Source of the DNA: Methanobacteriota archaeon
GTDB taxonomy: Archaea > Thermoplasmatota > Thermoplasmata > Methanomassiliicoccales > UBA472
Reading direction: 5' to 3'
Length of the DNA stretch: 58,159 bases
NCBI GenBank assembly: GCA_021372335.1
Contig: JAJFUR010000020.1
Span: forward strand, 1 to 58,159
The notes under the pieces are model-generated. The model saw only the letters and a list, made by a program, of their open reading frames with translations, did no database searches and was not told the DNA's origin. Positions within the stretch are counted from its first letter, which is position 1, and each line of letters opens with the position of its first letter. The position numbers and the translations under genes are program-made. Positions 55,171 to 58,159 of the stretch are shown piece after piece.

Positions 55171-56664
55171 TTACTTCTTTTCCCTCAGCTCGCCGGATAT
55201 ATAGGCCAGCATCTTCCTGACGTTGATGAGGTCCAGGAAGTACTGCAGGTCCGTCCTTTTGAACTCCCCTACCAACGCCAGCACCGGCAGGTACGCCGCG
55301 AAGGCGACCAGCCCGAAAAGGATGAGCGTATAGAAGCGATCGACAGAGATGATCATGTCCAGAGCGAACATGGCCAGCGCGGCCGCCGCCCCGGCCACGA
55401 GATGAAGGGCGAGGCGGGGGTTCGGGGGGGTCCTGGTGAGGCGCCACACCGCGTAGCGGACCATTATGAACCCAATGATGTTGCCGATCATCAGGGCGAG
55501 GGCCGCCCCCACGTACGAGAGACCGAGGCCGTACTGCGGGATGAACAGGAACATGAGGGAGATGTTTATGGCCACGGTGAGGATGGTGATGCGGGCGGAG
55601 ATGTCCGGTCGGCCCACCGCCACGATCTGCGAGCCGTGCACCGCGTTCATCATCGTCAGGAAGTTGGTCACGGCCATGATCGCGATCGCGTCCCCGGACT
55701 CGATGAACAGCGGCCCGAGCAGGATCAGGCAGACCTCGTAGGGGAACATGATTATAAGGATCGTGATGGGCAGGCTGATCATCGCGATATACCGCTCGGC
55801 CTGCTTTGACATCTCCCGGATCTCGGCCAGGTTCCCCTCGGCGTGCAGCTTGGAGAACGAGGGGAAGGTCAACGTGGACACCGCGGTGCTCACGGTGGCG
55901 AACACCCCGAGGAACACCGCCGGGGCTGTGTACAGGCCGACGTCGGAGGCGGTCCAGAAGGCCCCGATTATCAGCTTGTCCGCGCTCCCGCTCACGGTGC
56001 TGATGATCGTGATCAGGATGAGCGGCAGGGCGAAGTTGAAGTATTGGCGCATTAGCACCGGCCGCTGCCACCGCACCTTCTCCCTGAACATCAAGAAAAG
56101 GGCGAGGGCGGCGACGGCGATGGCCCCGATGACGTAGGCGAACGCGAGCTCCATGACCCCCATGCGGTTGACGGAGACGAAGATGATGAGGGGCACCCGG
56201 ACCAGGGGATCGATCAGGGTGACCAACGGCATCTTGGCCATCTCCATCCGGGCCTGGAAGGTGGTGGTGGCTATGGCCGAGAGGTCGTACAGCACCTGGT
56301 ACAGGACGAACAGGAGGATGAGGTCGATGCTGGTGCCGCTGAGGGCGTTCCCCATCGGCCCCGTCCAGATGAATACGGAGGTGAGGACGAGGACCACCAT
56401 CGCCCCGGTCAGGATGAGCTTGATGGCCGCGTAGGTGCTTATGCACGCGTTCGGGTCCTCCCCTTCCGAGACCTTCTTGACGTGTGCGCTCCCGAACCCC
56501 AGGTCCGACACCGCGTTGAAGGTGGCCACGAAGGCCATGGTGTAGGTGACCGTCCCGTAGATCTCCGTGCCCAGGTACCTGGTCATGAAGTACAGCCCTA
56601 CATAGGCCAGGGCCGAAGAGACCATCCGGGATAGGAACAGCAGGAAGGAGCGTCTGCCTAGCAC
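55171..56664 (-). CDS. MOP/Wzx-family polysaccharide flippase
   Basis: 497 aa with about 12-14 TM helices. It has an N-terminal pattern typical of polysaccharide biosynthesis proteins. GTG start. Confidence 0.75.
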   Translation of the reverse strand: MLGRRSFLLFLSRMVSSALAYVGLYFMTRYLGTEIYGTVTYTMAFVATFNAVSDLGFGSAHVKKVSEGEDPNACISTYAAIKLILTGAMVVLVLTSVFIWTGPMGNALSGTSIDLILLFVLYQVLYDLSAIATTTFQARMEMAKMPLVTLIDPLVRVPLIIFVSVNRMGVMELAFAYVIGAIAVAALALFLMFREKVRWQRPVLMRQYFNFALPLILITIISTVSGSADKLIIGAFWTASDVGLYTAPAVFLGVFATVSTAVSTLTFPSFSKLHAEGNLAEIREMSKQAERYIAMISLPITILIIMFPYEVCLILLGPLFIESGDAIAIMAVTNFLTMMNAVHGSQIVAVGRPDISARITILTVAINISLMFLFIPQYGLGLSYVGAALALMIGNIIGFIMVRYAVWRLTRTPPNPRLALHLVAGAAAALAMFALDMIISVDRFYTLILFGLVAFAAYLPVLALVGEFKRTDLQYFLDLINVRKMLAYISGELREKK

Positions 56665-56713
56665 ATGATCGGCCAGAGAGATGCGCGGGGCTATTTAACC
56701 CTGCGCCAGCCCC

Positions 56714-57270
56714 TCACTTCACCTCCCACCTCGTGATCAGTACAACTACGCCGATCAGGGCCAACGCCACGGTGGCCACCATAGCCAGGTTGAGGCACGC
56801 TCCCTCCATATTCCCATGCACCAGGGCGTCCCTCAGCCCCTGGTCCATGTACTTGAGCGGGAAGACCGAGATCCGCTGCAGATATCCTGGCATCATCCCA
56901 AGCTGGAAGAACGCGCCGAAGAGGAACATCATCGGGAGGACGATCGCGTTGGCCGCCCTGCACCCCGTCTCCTCGCTCTTGGTGAAGCGCGGGATGATCA
57001 TGCCTAGGGCGGGAACAGGGCGCTTCCGGCGATGCCCATGAGCGCCACCGCAAGGTTGATGCTCGCGTGCATCCCGAAGAGGGCGATGTTGAAGCCCGTC
57101 GTCTTGGTCCTCGGGCCCTTCATCATCTCCACGGCGGTGGTCTTGCCCTCGCCGGACGGTCCGAGGAGGGGGAGCTCCTCTCCGGCCTTTACGATCGGAT
57201 CGATCCCGTCCGCGGCCTGAAGGCTTCCCTACAGCTTCACGAGGCCTTTGCCCTCGATCACCGCCTCCAT
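56714..57270 (-). pseudogene. ABC-2 transporter remnant: ATPase N-terminus fused by deletion to a permease C-terminus
   Basis: From ATG 57270 the reading is MEAVIEGKGLVKL-TAG-GSLQAADGIDPIVKAGEELPLLGPSGEGKTTAVEMMKG (Walker A). It then runs directly into TM-like sequence, hits a TAG at 57004-57006, and the permease tail continues in another frame to 56714 (ALGMIIPRFTKSEE...QLGMMPGYLQRISVFPL...). Confidence 0.6.
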
Positions 57271-57370
57271 TACAAGGCGGGGAACGGAATGCGCGCCGAT
57301 ATATGGTTTCCCCGAGGCGCGTGGCAAGGAGGCGCAACCTGTTAAATCGGCAGACCGCCATCCCCGCCTC

Positions 57371-58096
57371 ATGAAGGACCGCTACGTCCGGCAGCTCTCC
57401 ATCCCCGGGTTCGGGCCCGAGGCCCAGAGGAGGCTGGGCAGGGCGTGCGTGGCCGTGGTCGGCGTCGGAGGCCTCGGCTCCGCCGCGCTCATGTACCTGG
57501 CCGCCGCCGGGGTCGGGAGATTGGTGCTGATAGACGACCAGAAGGTGGAGCCGTCCAACCTGAACCGCCAGATCATCCATTTCGAGGAGGACGCCCTCCT
57601 CCCGCGGTACAAGGTTGAGTCCGCCCGGATGAAGCTGCAGGCCTTCAACTCCGAGATCGACGTCGAGGCCATCCCGATGCGGCTGGAGGAGGAGACGACG
57701 TTCCTGCTGAAGGGCGCTGACCTCGCCCTGGACTGCATGGACGGCCCTGCGGGGAGGTATCTCCTCAACCGCTGGTGCCTCCAGCAGCGGATCCCGCTGG
57801 TGCATGGCGCGGTGGAGGGGCTCACCGGCCACGTCCTCACCGTCCTGCCCGGGGGGCCTTGCCTGCGCTGTGCCTTCCCCGGCCTTCCCAATCGGGGGAG
57901 CGGGGTCCCTGTCCTCGGCGCCGCCGCGGGCGTCATCGGCTCCATGCAGGCGTTGGAGGCCATCAAGGCCATCGTCGGCATAGGGGAGGGGCGGGAGGGC
58001 CGGGCGCTCTTCCTGGATATGGGGAGCGGGCAGGTGGACGAGGTCGTCTTCCAGCGGAGCCCGGGCTGTCCGGACTGCGGCTCACTTCGACCATAG
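57371..58096 (+). CDS. ThiF/MoeB/UbaA-family E1-like adenylyltransferase
   Basis: ATG at 57371, 241 aa. It has RYVRQL, VVGVGGLGSAA, NLNRQ and two CxxC pairs (CLRC, CPDC). Confidence 0.85.
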   Translation: MKDRYVRQLSIPGFGPEAQRRLGRACVAVVGVGGLGSAALMYLAAAGVGRLVLIDDQKVEPSNLNRQIIHFEEDALLPRYKVESARMKLQAFNSEIDVEAIPMRLEEETTFLLKGADLALDCMDGPAGRYLLNRWCLQQRIPLVHGAVEGLTGHVLTVLPGGPCLRCAFPGLPNRGSGVPVLGAAAGVIGSMQALEAIKAIVGIGEGREGRALFLDMGSGQVDEVVFQRSPGCPDCGSLRP

Positions 58097-58159
58097 GTCT
58101 ATGGTGACCAGATAGGTGTCCTCGATCAGCCGGGTCTCCACCTTGAGCCCGGTGCGGTA
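58082..58159 (-). CDS. 3' end of an unidentified gene running off the window
   Basis: Open frame to the window edge, ending ...LVTIDLWSK-TGA. It overlaps the thiF-like 3' end by 15 nt. It is too short to assign. Confidence 0.25.
   Translation of the reverse strand, partial: YRTGLKVETRLIEDTYLVTIDLWSK

Noticed and set aside
55091-56446. 451-aa minus-strand ORF overlapping the flippase gene in another frame
   Set aside because: The translation is extremely Arg/Pro/Gly/His-rich. The overlapping 497-aa frame gives a coherent polytopic Wzx-like protein.
57229-57231. Pyrrolysine read-through of the TAG at codon 14 of the ABC ATPase remnant
   Set aside because: The gene is otherwise truncated, fused and frameshifted. 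TAG is a one-step mutation from a Tyr codon at a conserved Tyr position, and TAG is used as an ordinary stop by about a quarter of the genes here.
57271-57832. N-terminal 190 aa of the 372-aa ORF 56714..57832(-)
   Set aside because: This part is antisense to the well-supported thiF/moeB-like gene and translates to Pro/Arg/Gly-rich sequence. Only the last ~100 codons (the permease tail) look real, and I treat them as part of the ABC remnant.
1-58159. Search for CRISPR arrays, IS elements/transposases, integrases, prophage or defence islands, and rRNA
   Set aside because: I saw no spaced direct-repeat array, no transposase/integrase-like ORF and no terminal inverted repeats flanking a cargo. 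The only tRNA (His) has no adjacent integrase or direct repeat of its 3' end.

Overview
GC-rich (about 60% by eye) archaeal chromosome segment from a methanogen. Gene content and order suggest a methyl-reducing Methanomassiliicoccales-type (Thermoplasmatota) lineage; this is inference, with no database check. High GC produces many long shadow ORFs in the six-frame track, and I ignored those. Content, left to right: (1) mcrC-atwA, diverging from a winged-helix gene, then a long KamA-family radical SAM gene. (2) The mcrBDGA operon with a small trailing gene, preceded on the same strand by ycaO-tfuA (McrA thioglycine machinery), an Lrp regulator, a DUF169 gene and a class I methyltransferase. (3) A corrinoid methyl-transfer neighbourhood: a soluble MtrA-like and MtrH-like pair, an MBL-fold protein, the RamA activase, a CobW-like GTPase and two MtaA/UroD-family methyltransferases. 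About 6 kb further on are an orphan MtbC/MttC-type corrinoid protein, a Cys-rich regulator and a radical SAM gene. (4) Housekeeping genes: argF, tRNA-His, rtcB, an HD-domain dNTPase-like gene, sepF, a PUA protein, a RecJ-like DHH protein, acs and a thiF/moeB-like gene. (5) An envelope-glycan set: GT4, ugd, galU, an EamA transporter and a flippase. I found no rRNA, CRISPR array, transposase or integrase. The observations I rate highest are listed here. First, a GGATGGAT/ATCCATCC palindrome recurs in the promoter regions of three methanogenesis transcription units. Second, the Mtx-like/RamA/CobW/MT2 cluster has no known substrate-specific MT1. Third, an McrA-modification island includes a candidate methyltransferase. 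Fourth, there is a 609-aa KamA-family enzyme. Fifth, there is a membrane protein built of six tandem repeats. Sixth, there are two decayed genes: an AhpD-like gene with compensating frameshifts, and an ABC transporter deletion remnant.
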